Assembly (NCBI GenBank): GCA_000165425.1 | Contig: CT868650.1 | Location: forward strand, 310,001-374,000 | Origin: Paramecium tetraurelia | Lineage: Eukaryota | Direction: 5' to 3' | DNA length: 64,000 nucleotides | Notes under the pieces: model-generated | Databases searched by the model: none | Seen by the model: the letters and a program-made list of their open reading frames with translations, nothing else | Told to the model about the DNA's origin: nothing | In this document: one piece after another, positions 1-13,134 of the stretch | Layout: each line of letters begins with the position of its first letter | Position numbering within the stretch: position 1 is the first letter of the stretch | Position numbers and translations under genes: made by a program

Positions 1-2
1 AA

Positions 3-3000
3 GAATTGATGTGGATGGCAAAAGAAAAGGTATTATTTAAGACAAAAGAATGTGTGGAAAGAAAGATAGAAGAATTGAATAAGAATAACTACTATTCTGA
101 TTTGAAAAATCGTATAAATAGTTTGAATAAGTAAATTAATAATATTCCAAAGTTCAAGGAAGAATATTACGATTGTAGATTGGTTAAAGATAGTCTAGCT
201 TTAGTAAATGTGAATTGGGCTGTAGAAATTCTTTCTAATTATGCCAACATATTTAAAAACTTTGAATACAGAGGAAAGGACGAAAACTACATAAGAGGAA
301 TATTTTATCAATATACTGAATTTCCATCATTGGGGTGGAAGTGCGTTTTGATACTTCCAAAGAATTTTTCTGATCGTTACTTTATAGGAGATCTGATGAA
401 AACTAAAGAAGATGCTAAAAGATCGGCAGCATTTAAAGCAGTGTTAATTTTGAAATAAAAGTAAATGTTGACTGAAGATTTGCGACCTGTAAAAAGTGCA
501 TATCATTTCGTATCTGACAGAAAAAATGATCCAAATTTGAAGGATCCAAATTACTGTCAAGTTATACAAGAGAGTGTTGTTATGAAGGTTGAACCATTAG
601 TAGATTTAAGACAAAAATTATTCCCTTATAAAATGGATGTTTTTGAGATTTCAATTCAGCAACCTTTATATTTATACAAATTTAAATTTTTTGAGTTGCC
701 ACCACTAATCAAAATTGAAAAAGGTAAAGAATAGGCTATTGGATTTCTACATAATTCCTAATTCTGTAATAGATTCAAATTTTAAGGAGGTAAGGAAATA
801 AGATTAGAATTTGTTAAAAAGATTACAATAACACTGGAATAATATAATTTACTAAACTAAGTTCATTAATTCTTGGTTGCAACTTCATTTGACTGGGATT
901 TGCCATTTTATTCATTCCTTGCAAAAGAAACAATTTCATCTGAATCTGCTCTATTTTAACAAGGCAAAAAATAACAATTCAACACAATAGATGATTAAAA
1001 ATAATATGCTCTTTTAGTCTTATTGTTAGGAGATTAAGAATTCGAAGAATTCAATATTAATTATGAGGCTTCTGCCAATATTGTAAAATACATTGAAAAG
1101 ATGAAAAAAGTTTTCAGTTTTTTGAACTCGATTAAACAAAAGAAAAAGATGAATTAATAGATAAAAGAGGAAAGACAAAGATTGAATGATATGAGTATTA
1201 GATTTGAAACTTGGAATAGTTTGGAATACGATGGAGACCTAATAAAATTATTAAAGGAATCCAATTTTAAGGGAATTGTGGGTTAGAATATAACTGATAG
1301 ATACTTTTTTAGTAAGGTAGTTTTTGATTCAAAACGACAGATTGAAGAACAAATATAAAGATTTGATAATGAAAAAAAAAAGGAATTTTTAAAAGATTTA
1401 TAGAATGTCCAAAGAAGTTTAAAATTAGTGATCAATTTTAATTTTGATAATGAAAAAGATTTATATGCAGCCCCTATATTAAGAAAGTATTTGAAATAGC
1501 ACATTAATTAAAATAGAGAAATAATAACGAAAAATTCATAGAAAGATCCTAAATATCAATATTTTTCAGGAGAATTTTATCAATTCCCATTAAATATTTC
1601 AGCTACATTGGAGTTAAGAATATTAACTAAACATATCTTATAATAATTAAGAGATTTTCTTGTGTCTTACACATTTAAATCTTAGACTTCTAAATTACTT
1701 GATTCTGGGAAGTAAGATTTAAACAGTTTCCAGCCATAAACCTATCAAGTAATGGATAATATCATGATTCAAGACTCGTAAGAAGTAATTAATTTTTTCG
1801 CTGATAATTCTTCTGAATTTTAAGATTTGTTGAATCAATTCAATCAAAATATAGATTTAAATGTAGGAAATAAAATTTAGGATTACTAAAAGTAATTAAA
1901 ATAAAGGAATTTTAAATATTCTATCCATGATATAGACAATGAATTGTTGCATAAATGTTTCCAATCCCAATAATTCAATTAAGACGATTAAACAAATTAT
2001 TAAGTACTAGAATTCTTAGGAGATGCTAATTTAAAATTGCTGTCGAGTATTGAAGTATTCGTTCAATTTCCTTTTGCAAATGAACATTTGTTACATTTAG
2101 AAAGGGCACGGATTGTTTCTAATGAAAATTTAAGGAAGTTTTCAATTATTCATAGATTCTTTAATTGCATTAAATGCACAAACTTCGATTATTCTCCACC
2201 AGAATTCCTTCTTGATAAAAATACTTAAGAATTATCAGAAATATAGCCTGAGAAATAAAAGGAAAATAAGGAGAATACAAAGTATTAATATACACAGAAC
2301 GGTGAAGTTATAACTGAATTGCCAAAAAACTATTAGCCCATTCCAGAAAAAGTTCATTCTGATGTAGTTGAAGCATTGAATGGTGCATTTTTGATTTAAT
2401 ATGACGAGGACATTAATGCTTGCTAATTTTTCTTACATCGAATAGGGGTGCTAAAATATCCTTTAGCTTAAGTCAAACTGAAAAACTCAACTACCTTGTA
2501 AGCAAAAGGTTTGCTTCAAAAGAATCTGAACTCATTAGAAAATATTATTGGATATAAATTCAATGATCAATCAATATTAATCTAAGCCATTACTCATCAG
2601 TCTTTTCTTAGTGTGCTAGATTTTTACAATTACAGAAAGTGCAAATGCAATTTTGTTGAGTTTTAAAATACAAAGAATATTCTTTAGATATCGAATTTAA
2701 ATTAAAATGATATAAATGAATCGTTGTTAACCCAGTTGAATTAACAATAAAATAGAATTGATATGAGTTATGAAAGATTGGAATTTTTAGGGGATTCAGT
2801 TCTAGATTCAGTTGTAGTGGAATGGTTAGTGAAAGAATTTAATAAGGAGAAAGTAGAAGATCTGGCTCTAAAAAAGTAATGCGTAGTTTGCAATAAAGCG
2901 CTGGCCCTCGTAACCCTCCATTATAAGTTGGATCAATTTTTATTGCATCCAACTCTTCATAAGGTGGCTCATGAAAATCACCAAACTCTAAATAAGATTA

Positions 3001-3422
3001 AGTAAATGTATAATGAATACTATGATGATATCAGTAAGATGTACACTTCAGAGCCCATTATTAAAATCCTAGGTGACGTATTCGAATCTATTGTTGGTGC
3101 TATTTTTGTAGACTCCTCATTTAATTATGATCTAACCAAATAAGTTGTTTTCAAATTATTAATGCCTTTTATGTAGCACTTTACATCCCCAAATCAAATC
3201 ATTAAGAACCCTTAAGATCGATTATTTAGATACTTTAAAGGTAAGAACTAAGCAGAATTTGAAATTGTAATGACTGATGAGGATCCAGTTGACGGGTAAA
3301 ATCTTTATCATTTGAGAGATAAGAATACTTATGCAGTTCATAAAAAAATAAGAGCAACATCTGAGAAGTAGGCAAGAGAGAAGTTATTGGAATTCATATA
3401 AAGAAGGGGAGATTTGGAATGA
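3..3422 (+). CDS. DCR1: Dicer ribonuclease (5'-truncated by window edge): Dicer dimerisation/DUF283 domain, divergent platform/PAZ-connector, RNase IIIa, RNase IIIb, degenerate C-terminal dsRBD
   Basis: Single open frame under code 6 from 3 to TGA 3420-3422. DUF283-like 'AVEILSNY..CVLILP..GDLMKTKEDAKRSAAFKAVLILKQKQMLTEDLRP'. RNase IIIa 'YQVLEFLGDANLKL...KVHSDVVEALNGAF' (~2000-2395). RNase IIIb 'YERLEFLGDSVLD...KILGDVFESIVGAIFVDS' (~2765-3115). Symbol is inferred from having DUF283 plus intact acidic residues in both RNase III domains. Confidence 0.92.
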
Positions 3423-3786
3423 AAATTAAGAGGGTTTACGCATATATTATTAATATCTATAAATTATCGTCTTCATTTGGGGAATAAATATTTTATTATT
3501 TTAATTCATCAGTCCTTTTCTTATGAAATTATGTAATCATTAGATTTACAATTTGTTCTAATTATCTTTTATTAATAATTATTAAAATTGCTTGTAAAAG
3601 ATTTAGTTATTGATTCTATTGTTCATTTAATATTATCTTATTACCTCAAAAATGCACTCCTCAATGCTATTGCATTTCTCCATTAATAATCAGATAATAA
3701 ATTTGTCGCCTACATTTCAGGTATTAGAACGCTGATGATTAAAAATAAATTAAATATTTATACAATAGTTTAATAGAAATTATACT

Positions 3787-5140
3787 ATGAGTTTTTAGAA
3801 AGGAATATTTCATAAGGAAATCCACCATATTAAGATGATACCCTTGAAACAAATCATTTAATAGAATTAACTATTGCCTATGACAATAATTTTAAAATTA
3901 CTATATTAGTTAACTCAAAGTAAAAAATGGTTGTAATGTAGTTTTAAATACAATTAATTTTGAAGGATATACTATTCAAAATTTAAAGATAGAAGATTTG
4001 ATAGCAAGGGAGTCTGGAGAATTAGAAAAGTTGGATATTTTCATACCATCCGATATTATTTTAAAGGAAAGCAATCCAAATAATGAAGAACACATTCTTA
4101 ATTAATTGAAAGATATTTGTAATTTTTTTTAAGTATTTTAAGTGATAAAATTTGGGTTGAGTCCTTTAGATATTCATAAAACTCAGAATTTTGAAGAAAT
4201 TCTATTATATATTTTAAAGAAATTAAATATAGATTTATCAAAAGATAATTGGAGAGAATAGTGTCTATAAATTATTTATGGGTTAGAGATTAATCATGTT
4301 TAAGAATTTAATAAAGGATTAACCTATATTTATCATGTTAAAGTGCCATATTACATTAATAGTAAACATGATTAAATTATTATTAAATGGATTCATCAGA
4401 AAGAATAAAAACAAAAAAGACTAACTGAGGTTGATAATTATAAGAACCTGAAAAGATAAACTCAATTCAATAATAAAAACTTGATAGACTTGTTTTGTTA
4501 CACTTTGGATGTAGATGATTCAACTCTCTTGTTTTTACAACAATATAGTTTGACTTTAAAAGATTATACTAAAAATTCTGATGGGAAGCTAAATATGAAG
4601 GAAAAAATGAAAATTTGTAGTAAATTAGCTGATGAACTAAAAAAGTTGCATGATTAAAATAAAATTCATAGGGATTTAAAACCAGAAAACATCATGGTTA
4701 CTGGAAAAGATACATATACGGATAGATTCTACGAAATTACCGATCAAAATATAAATCAAATTGATAAACTGCAATGGTAAATAATAGATTTTGAATCAGT
4801 TATAGAAAAAGGAGGAATTGATGAATTTGTAGGAACAAAGTAATATATACCTCCAGAAAATATGTAAGGAAAACCTTATTAAGAAAGTTATGATATTTGG
4901 TAAATGGGACTTTGTTTCTTGTACTTTATAACATAATAGGATGTTTAATATAAAAAAAGTGCTGAAAAAAGGAATGCCAATTTATGGAAATTAGTTGATA
5001 AACTTAAAGATAAGTAAAACATGGCCTTTTACAGTGAAACTATGCATAGCATAATTTCTAAAATGGTTAGTATAAAACCATAAGAGAGACCTAAATTGGA
5101 AGCTGTTATAAAAGATCTAAATGCTGCTATCATTAATTGA
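3787..5140 (+). CDS. Divergent Ser/Thr protein kinase with N-terminal pseudokinase-like segment
   Basis: ATG 3787, 22-nt intron 3920-3941, TGA 5138-5140. C-terminal kinase: [13 protein letters not shown] (4661), IIDFES (DFG->DFE), FVGTKQYIPPE, YDIWQMG. N-terminus 'IILKLLYQLTQILNTINFEGYTIQNLKIEDLI' resembles degenerate subdomains VIa-VIb. Confidence 0.8.
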
Positions 5141-5314
5141 AATTATAGATTTTATATTTATAATTTGTAATAAATTATTATAAGAATTACTTCTAAAAGT
5201 AGATTGTTTGTATGAACCAATGTTTCATGTTATTTCATCAATATATTAACTTTTTATCATAAAAGTAGAATATATGTATTAAAATAATGGATATAACATA
5301 AAATTAATTATAAT

Positions 5315-6442
5315 TCATAATTATGTCACTTAATTCAGCCATTATAAGAAAACCATCTTATCAATTTTTTTAGTTCTTAGAATGATTTTATGATTTAACA
5401 ATTAATCAACTGTTGCTCTCTCCTCTGGTTTCAATTTTACGCTTGAAATTAATAAATATGATTACCACATTGATATGAAGTTTTTCATTTCTGCTGAAAT
5501 CTTTGCTTGAACATTCTCAATGTTAAATGAACTAATTTCATTAACCATATCTATAAATTGAGTTTTCTATATGGGATGTTTGCCCATCAGACATTCTGCA
5601 GTCAAAATACCAATGGACCATATGTCAGAATCCTTTCCATACATTTCTCCATTCAATCTTTCAGGCTAAGTTACCAATAAATTCATACTGACATATAAAC
5701 TGCAGTTCCAACATAAGTTTTTCTTTATTGCATAGTTTCTATTGTGCCTGAGATGCCGAAGTCGGTGATCTTGATCTCGCCCTTCTTGTTGACTAGGATG
5801 TTTTATGGTTTAATGTCTCTGTGAATGATTTTCTTTTTGTTGTGTAAATAATCAATTCCTAAAAGAATTTGATATAAAAGCAAAGCCATAACAGGTTCAT
5901 TCAGATTTTTCACTTTCTTTATCAAAGAATCGATTGATCCGACATCCATATACTCAAGAATTATGTGTAAGGTTCCAGATTTGTAAAACGCACCATAGCA
6001 TTTGACAACATAAGGTGAACTGCATTCTAGAGCAAGTTTTAATTCGTCTGATAGTTGTTTCAAATATTGGGGATCGGAGGCGACGGGAATTTTCTAAATA
6101 CTAATTGTCGGTACTTTCATTGCGAAATATTGTCCTGTGACTTAATCTTAAACTTTCTCAACTTGACCTGATGCACCCTGACCTAAATGCCCAACTGTTA
6201 CTAAATTTTCAAGCGATAAATTATGAGTAGATTCAGAGAGTGAAAAGTCCCATTGGTCATGTGTGTGAGTTACTTTAAGCCCTTAACCATTTAGACGAAA
6301 TTCTTTGAGAATGAGAGATCCATTCTCAGAACTATTTTTTTAAATAAGCTGAATACAGATTAAGAACAGGTTGAGCTTGTTCTGATTATAGACTAATTTT
6401 AGCAATTTATGGTTTTTTTTTCTTTTAGTCAGGGGTCTGCAT
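5315..6442 (-). CDS. MAP kinase kinase (MEK/STE7 family)
   Basis: N-terminal basic docking-like motif KKKKPQIAKISL. LGQGASGQV, 'SSPYVVKCYGAFY', 'EYMDVGS', [34 protein letters not shown]. Several micro-introns. TGA at 5315-5317. Confidence 0.92.
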
Positions 6443-7258
6443 TTAGTAAACTTAAATTAAATATATGCATTTATCTTTGATTAAAAAAAATACTTATATA
6501 AATATCTTTTTCTCCTAATTCTTAGACAATTCTGTAATGAATCAAAGAGAAGAACCCAATATTTAAATTGGTGCTTCTCGTTCTATCGAAGAAAAAAGAA
6601 TTCATTTTATTATTATAATATTTTTATCTTTTAAGATATTTATATCATAGTAAAATGTTGTATTTGGAGATTTAATGATAATTACAGAATTCAATAAAGA
6701 AAATAAAGAAGATTCAACGAAATCACCATAAATAACTTTTTTGTATGAAATAAAATAAAATTTAATTCGAATTTAAATGATTGAATATAAATTCTATGAT
6801 CATATGAGTTATACAAAAGTCTTAGAATTAAATACTTAATTGGATATTAAGTTAAATATGCTTGAAATAATTTATATAAGAATTACGATGCTTTCATAAA
6901 CTCTAATTGATTCATACAAGGATTTTAAGTACACTTATCATCTTGGATGCTTGTTGTTCTAATGTTTATACTCTTAAAAGGAGAAAATAATTGATCTATC
7001 AACAATTTTCGTTTTAATATTATCGTATAATTTAAAATAAAATTAATTTGGATTACTTGAATTTGAAAAGCAATATAAATATTTATAATTTGTACTTCGA
7101 AATAAAATATATTGTTATACCTAAAAATTTTGGTAGATAATGAGAGATTTGTTATATTATACCGTGGGTGTACTAATAGGGGCAGACTAATAATTTTTTG
7201 ATATAAATAAATTTCATATAACAAAAATCATCAAACAATCAAATCATTAAATTTAGCT

Positions 7259-8753
7259 ATGAATCAAAAATATTGCTTTAAATCTTATTTCTCTTAGCAG
7301 TGTACTTAGTTTTGGGACAACACTAAAATCGATAAAACCTAAAAATATATAATGGAAGACCTTTACTATATTTAGACTCCTTTAGAAACTATGCCTTGCA
7401 ATCTGAGAATGAACAAGAAGAACCTTATAATGGAGCAGGACGATGTAAAATATACATAAATAGTTCATAGAGATAGTATAGTACAAACGTGGAGAATGCA
7501 GGCCTGGAATTAATCACGAGTGACTTCAATAACGATTAGGGAGTTAGAATAACTAAGGGGAATTATACTTTTGAGTTCTTTGGTAAAATTAAATCGATAT
7601 TTGACCAACTGAAGAGGACAAGCATCCAATTTAATTTCACTCAGAGATACACGATAAAGAAAATGATAGCCAAGGGGACATTTGCGACAGTAATAAATTT
7701 ATTTATTTTTAGATTTATTTGGCGGAGTGCAAATTCACTTAGAATGAATATGCAGTGAAATGTTTTGAAAAGCGACAAATTTCGAATGAGAAGGATAAGA
7801 AGAATTTAATAAAAGAAATGTAGATACTCCGTTTAATGAATCATAACCAATTATTGACCATCTACGAAGTCTTCGAAAACTCGAGTTATATATACTTCAT
7901 CCAGGAACTATTAAAAGGAGGAGACCTCCATGAATACCTGGAGAGAAGCGAGAAATTGAGTGAGGTCAAGGTCTCCCAGATAATCTATAATCTATTGAAT
8001 GGGGTCTAGTATATGCATTCCTAAGGAGTGCTCCATAGAGATATCAAGCCAGAAAACCTAATCTTGAGACAGAAGAACAATTTAAATGATATAGTGATAG
8101 GAGATTTTGGACTTGCAGACATCTACAAATACGATGGAAACTACTTATATCGAAGATGTGGGACACCAGGATACGTGGCTCCTGAGATACTTCGTGGGCA
8201 GCCTTATGATTACAAGGTAGACATCTACAGCATCGGTGTTCTGCTATACATACTACTATCTGGTAGGAGACCATTTGTGGGTAAGAATAATTAACAAACA
8301 ATCAAATTGAATGAGATGGGGGATATCAATTATGACGACATTGAGTGTAGTTCAGAGGCGATGTCTTTGATGAAAAAGATGTTGGAGTCGTAACCTGAGA
8401 ATAGAATTTCAATACTTTCAGCTAAGTAACATCCTTTCATTACCAATAATGTATAAAAACGAGAGTCTCAAAGGACGAAGAACACATTGAAATTAGATAT
8501 GAAGTGTCTTGCACAATAGGAATGTGTGTCAGTGTCACCAATCTTGACATCCAGACCATTAAATAGACATCCATTAATGAATAACTTTACCATTCATACT
8601 CCACGATAATTGCCCAGATTGAGTCACGATGTTAAAGCGATAGCAAAGACTGAATCAAATGATGTTCATAGAACTACAATTTCTCGTTAAAGTATGAGTA
8701 GAGCAAATCTAAGATTAAATAATCAATTCACTAATCTATAAGTGTTTTTATGA
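7259..8753 (+). CDS. CAMK-group Ser/Thr protein kinase with N-terminal extension
   Basis: AKGTFATV-type glycine loop, AVKCF, HRDIKPEN, GDFGLA, CGTPGYVAPE, DIYSIG. Introns near 7445 and 7690. TGA 8751-8753. Confidence 0.92.
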
Positions 8754-8827
8754 ATTAAAATGTTTGAACATTGAATACATGTTATGGAAATATAAATAAT
8801 TAATAGTTAATTTTGTTTAAATTCCAA

Positions 8828-9110
8828 TCACAATTATTCTGGTTTCGATGGCTAACACCAGGGGAAGTAAATGAATTCTTTCCCATGAATGTTCATGAAA
8901 TAGAATAATGCAAAGACTGTTCCAAATACCCATTCAAGTCTGCTTTTGTTTTTCTATACACTATAATTATATGCTTACCTCTCTCTAAAAATGCAAGGTC
9001 TCACAATAAGGTTTGGGTTTCACTTCAAATTTCTTGGATGGCTTCAATATCTCTTGTTGATGATAAAATCTTGGCATGATAGTCAATTACTTAATTGATC
9101 TGTAATTCAT
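8828..9110 (-). CDS. Small (85 aa) single-pass membrane protein, possibly mitochondrial
   Basis: ATG 9110, 25-nt intron 8954-8978, TGA 8828-8830. Product MNYRSIKQLTIMPRFYHQQEILKPSKKFEVKPKPYCETLHFQREKNKSRLEWVFGTVFALFYFMNIHGKEFIYFPWCQPSKPEQL. Confidence 0.75.
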
Positions 9111-9169
9111 TAATTTTTTTATTTTAAACAATTCTTTTGATATAGATTAATAAATAATCAAATCACTCG

Positions 9170-10409
9170 TCATTGATCTTTATTAGGAACAATCGCTAAC
9201 ATCAAACATAAGCCATCTCCACCTCCTATAACACACTTGTTTGATGTGTTTGCAAAATCCATTGTGTAGAGTCCTGAGTTTTATAAATACAAAATTAGAA
9301 CCTTTTTTAAATCCGCCCAATTACATGGCTTCCTTGTATGATCCTTTCACTCTATCGAACATCTTGAATTCGTTTGTTCCATGAGCAACACCTCCAACAC
9401 AATAGCCCCTTCCTTTCCCGAACTAAGATCCGTATATGAATGCTCCAGCTGAATCCACCTTCTCATCCCACTTGATATTATCTATCAGTTTCAAAGTACC
9501 CAAATCCCATAATTACAATTGCTCACTCATTCTGTTTGCCCCTGTCAAAATTGTGCCTTCTCTTATGTCGATGGTATCACCTGCAACCTTTGGACCTACT
9601 ATGCATCCAGCCTAGGACTTCTGTCTCAGATCCTTTTAATATCATTTACAAAACTACCCATATAACTATATTCTAGTCCCAACCTCCACTGATAACTAAA
9701 TTTTTATCATAAGGTACAATTTTAACACTGAATAATCTATTATTATGGCCAGGTTAAACCCATTAGATGGCTTCTAAGGTGGCTTGTAAGGTTTGAGCCT
9801 CAATATCATACACTCTAACCTAAAATTACTAAAATGACCATTACTTTACAATCCTTGCCGCAAGTTGCTAATTGGTTTTTTAAGGCATCAATACAATAAA
9901 CCTCATTGTCGTCTTCCTCTTTAAATTAATAGATGGTAGAATCAGTTCTCACATTTTTATACATTATGGTACCTAATTTAGAAGCATGAATTTTACCATC
10001 AGTGTTGGCTGAGATCAGGACTTGTCTCATTTTGGTAGATTTTTCGCTTGAAAACCATCTAGGTATAGTCTAAATTAAAACCTAAGGGCAGTGCATGGCA
10101 ATTTCATATTTGATTTAGAACTGAGATATGTATAAAATGCTGTCTTTTCGCCTCAGATTGTATAAAATAATACTTCTGGTGAGATCGTAAACACAGACTA
10201 ATCCACTCGAGCATCCCAGAGCCAACATAATGTCATCTTTGTCAAATCGGGAAGAATGTATTTCAGAATCTGATTTAAAATATCCTTTAAGAAAGAGACG
10301 TGACTGTGGGTCCTTAATTCTATTGAGTAGTTTGAATGAAGTACTAGACATCCAGATCGAACTTGGCCTTCAGCTCTTGAGTGATGATATCGTTTCGATT
10401 GTAATCCAT
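9170..10409 (-). CDS. WD40-repeat protein
   Basis: ATG 10409 joined by a 25-nt intron to 'SDSEIHSSRFDKDDIMLALGCSSGLVCVYDL'. 'GHNNRLFSVKIVP...VISGGWD', 'LATCGKD', 'QLWDL'. TGA 9170-9172. Confidence 0.88.
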
Positions 10410-10420
10410 AAATTTTTAAT

Positions 10421-11758
10421 ATGAATTTTTTAATCATTTCTACTCTTGCACTAATTACCTATCTAACATTGGATATCATCTTCAACGATTATCTATGGAG
10501 AATGAACATTGATTTTACAATATTTCTACAGAATAACTCATTTCCAGGGGAGGAATCAATATTTACATTCTTTTCCTATGTAATTCAACTACCTATAATA
10601 ATGGGAGGATTGCAATTAATGTTATCCAGCAAAAAGATAGAGTCCATTTTATACATCTTTATATGCATATTCGGATTCACAAGCAATGGTCTATTGAAAA
10701 ATGCTTACCATTAACCTAGACCATATTGGGTGGAAAATGAAATAAAAGGGTATATAGAATAATTATGATTTTTCAGTATTGGATGCAATATGGAATTTGG
10801 CAAACCCTCTGGTCATGCTCAGACTGCAGTCATTATATATTACTCATACCTATTCATATTTTATCCTTCCACTTTCATCAAGAACAAATAGAAAGTCTCC
10901 GATAATCAGGGGAAAAGTGATGACCAGGACCCATAAATTAGAAAAGGCTTAATTATATTCCTCAATCTCTTTGCCTTTTTCTGCATCATTATGACTGGAT
11001 TGTCAAGAGTATTCCTGGGAGTGCATACCATTGGATAGGTTACTTTGGGATGGATATATGGAGTTTATATAGTGTTAAATTATCAGATTTATTGTCATCG
11101 ATTTCTATTGCAGTATTAATTCTTGATAATTCTAGGTACATTAAAAATCAATTGCAATTGAACGGCGAAGAACATGTGCGATTTTAAAGACTGTCTGTTT
11201 CCATTTCAGCCATGTTCATCCTTGTTATTTTGATAGACTTAACCCTACTGGAATTGAACAGAAAAGTGTTTAACCAAGACGAAGAAGAAGTTAACAAATG
11301 GTTGTTGAAGATTACCGAATGCAAAGATAAGGAGATCGGATATTACACCAGAGATCATACCAAGGTGCTATACAATGCTTGTTTCACAAATGGGACTCTG
11401 TTCACCTTCATATTTTCATTCATCCAAGGATGCTTTTTTGGTCAAGGGAGTTTTAATGAGGCGGAGTACTCCAATTCTATGAAAGACAAGCCTCTAAAAT
11501 TCAAGTTGATTAGAGTGCTCTTCTATCTACCTCTGGTGATCCCACTACCTCTATTGGCGATCTAAACATATAATATTTATATAACAACTTTTCTCATAGT
11601 AATATTGCAACTAATTTTAGTTAATCCCAGCCATTTTTATTCTATGCTGGTACCTCACCATTGTGTATCCAAATGTGTTGAAGAAATTCAATTATCAGAT
11701 AAAGGGAGAGTTTTTGGAATCAAATACAGATTATTATGAGTCATTATCTTAAACTTGA
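10421..11758 (+). CDS. PAP2-superfamily integral membrane phosphatase (glucose-6-phosphatase/lipid phosphate phosphatase-like)
   Basis: All three PAP2 motifs: KNAYHQPRP, PSGHAQ, SRVFLGVH. Many hydrophobic helices. TGA 11756-11758. Confidence 0.9.
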
Positions 11759-11794
11759 GGAGAGGGAATTGAAATAATTTTGATATTAATATTT

Positions 11795-13134
11795 ATGTAT
11801 TTAATATTAGCATCCCTCACAATCAACGTACTCTCTCAGTTTACTAAAACCATTCAAGTCCCTGTTGTTGATGCAAATGCCACAGAGACTGTTGCTGAAA
11901 ACATTTAAACTAGAAGTACTAGAATTTATTCAGGTGTATTAATCAAACTCAATCTTAGATCCAAACAAAGGAGCATGTATATGTGATCTGATAATCAACA
12001 TATGTGATGCGCAATGTTGTTGTGATACCAGATGCACAGATGCATTAATAGAAGAATGGACGACCTTAGGAAAATGTTTGAATTCAAAATCAGAAACTGA
12101 TTACTTTTACCCTGAATGTGGTGATCTAGTCAACCTAGTTAATGTTTTTGATGACAAATATCATTTCAATTAAATCAATGATATCATGTGCAGTGCAGTC
12201 TAAAGATTACCTTATGCAGGTGTATATGCCAATATTGACGATACTCAAACTTTAACAGCGGATTACAAAAGTTTCGATATTGTAAGTGCTGGGAGCATCC
12301 TGTTCACCCTAGCCACTAATCCCTAATACATTAATCCTGCAGCTTAACTACCCTAAGGCTATTATTCTGGTAATCCAGGATACATCAAAGGGAAACCTCT
12401 GATGGTTGGGAAATCCAATGGAGCCAATTCCAATCTCATTTGGTATAAAGAATTACGAGTTTACGCATGGTCAGAGAATGGTTATTGCAGCCCAGGAACA
12501 AGCTCATATAATTCTAAGTTGTATAAAGTCATCAATTTCGGAGAAGATGTACGATATATATTTATATCAGCTCGTTATAAGTTGTACACTTGAATCGACC
12601 GTAAATTTAGGAACTTACTGCTCTAGTGGAGTCACTTATGAAATAATGAAGAGTCTTAAAGACAGCACTGGGAACTATTATTATTTTGGAAAATGGGGTT
12701 CTTCAAATAACAACAGATCTGGGGAATGGCTCTAGGTTAATTCGACAGAGATCCAAAATGTCACATCATCTTGTGCTTTGCCTCTAGAATAATAATTGAC
12801 TATTATTTACTAGAAGGTTGGATTTATGGGAGATCTCTAAAACACTATCATCTCAGCCAATGTGACCAATATACCACTTAGGTATTGTATGTCTTGATCG
12901 TTGATAGTGCTGCAAGTTACACCAGCAACTCAGTGCAATTGAGTTTGAAGGTTAAATTTATTGAACTCGCTAACACTGATATAGATCCAACTATTGAGAA
13001 GTCTTTGCGAGACACCGTCACTCCGTATGTTAAGGTAAGATTTAGATTAAATATTGTAGAAAATCTTTTTGCCTTTCACTTTTTCATTACAATTAGTTTG
13101 GTTTGGAGTGATTTTAATTTTCTTATTTATATGA
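11795..13134 (+). CDS. TCTN: Tectonic-family ciliary transition-zone protein
   Basis: Signal peptide MYLILASLTINVLS. Tectonic cysteine motif CICDLIINICDAQCCCDTRC (~11975-12035). 'SGNPGYIKGKPL'. C-terminal hydrophobic tail IFLPFTFSLQLVWFGVILIFLFI after intron 13035-13059. Confidence 0.88.

Noticed and set aside
1283..1504. Minus-strand ORF in the track
   Set aside because: Antisense shadow of the Dicer coding frame with no motif. The same applies to track ORFs 8044-8301, 20032-20214, 20742-20957, 26641-26838, 29069-29296, 31192-31374, 47400-47648, 48709-48891, 51851-52051, 56581-56769 and 60057-60248.
3..8753. Dicer next to three kinases as a possible functional operon
   Set aside because: Kinases are extremely abundant in this window (six) and neighbouring genes are otherwise unrelated. 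Adjacency alone is not evidence of a shared pathway.
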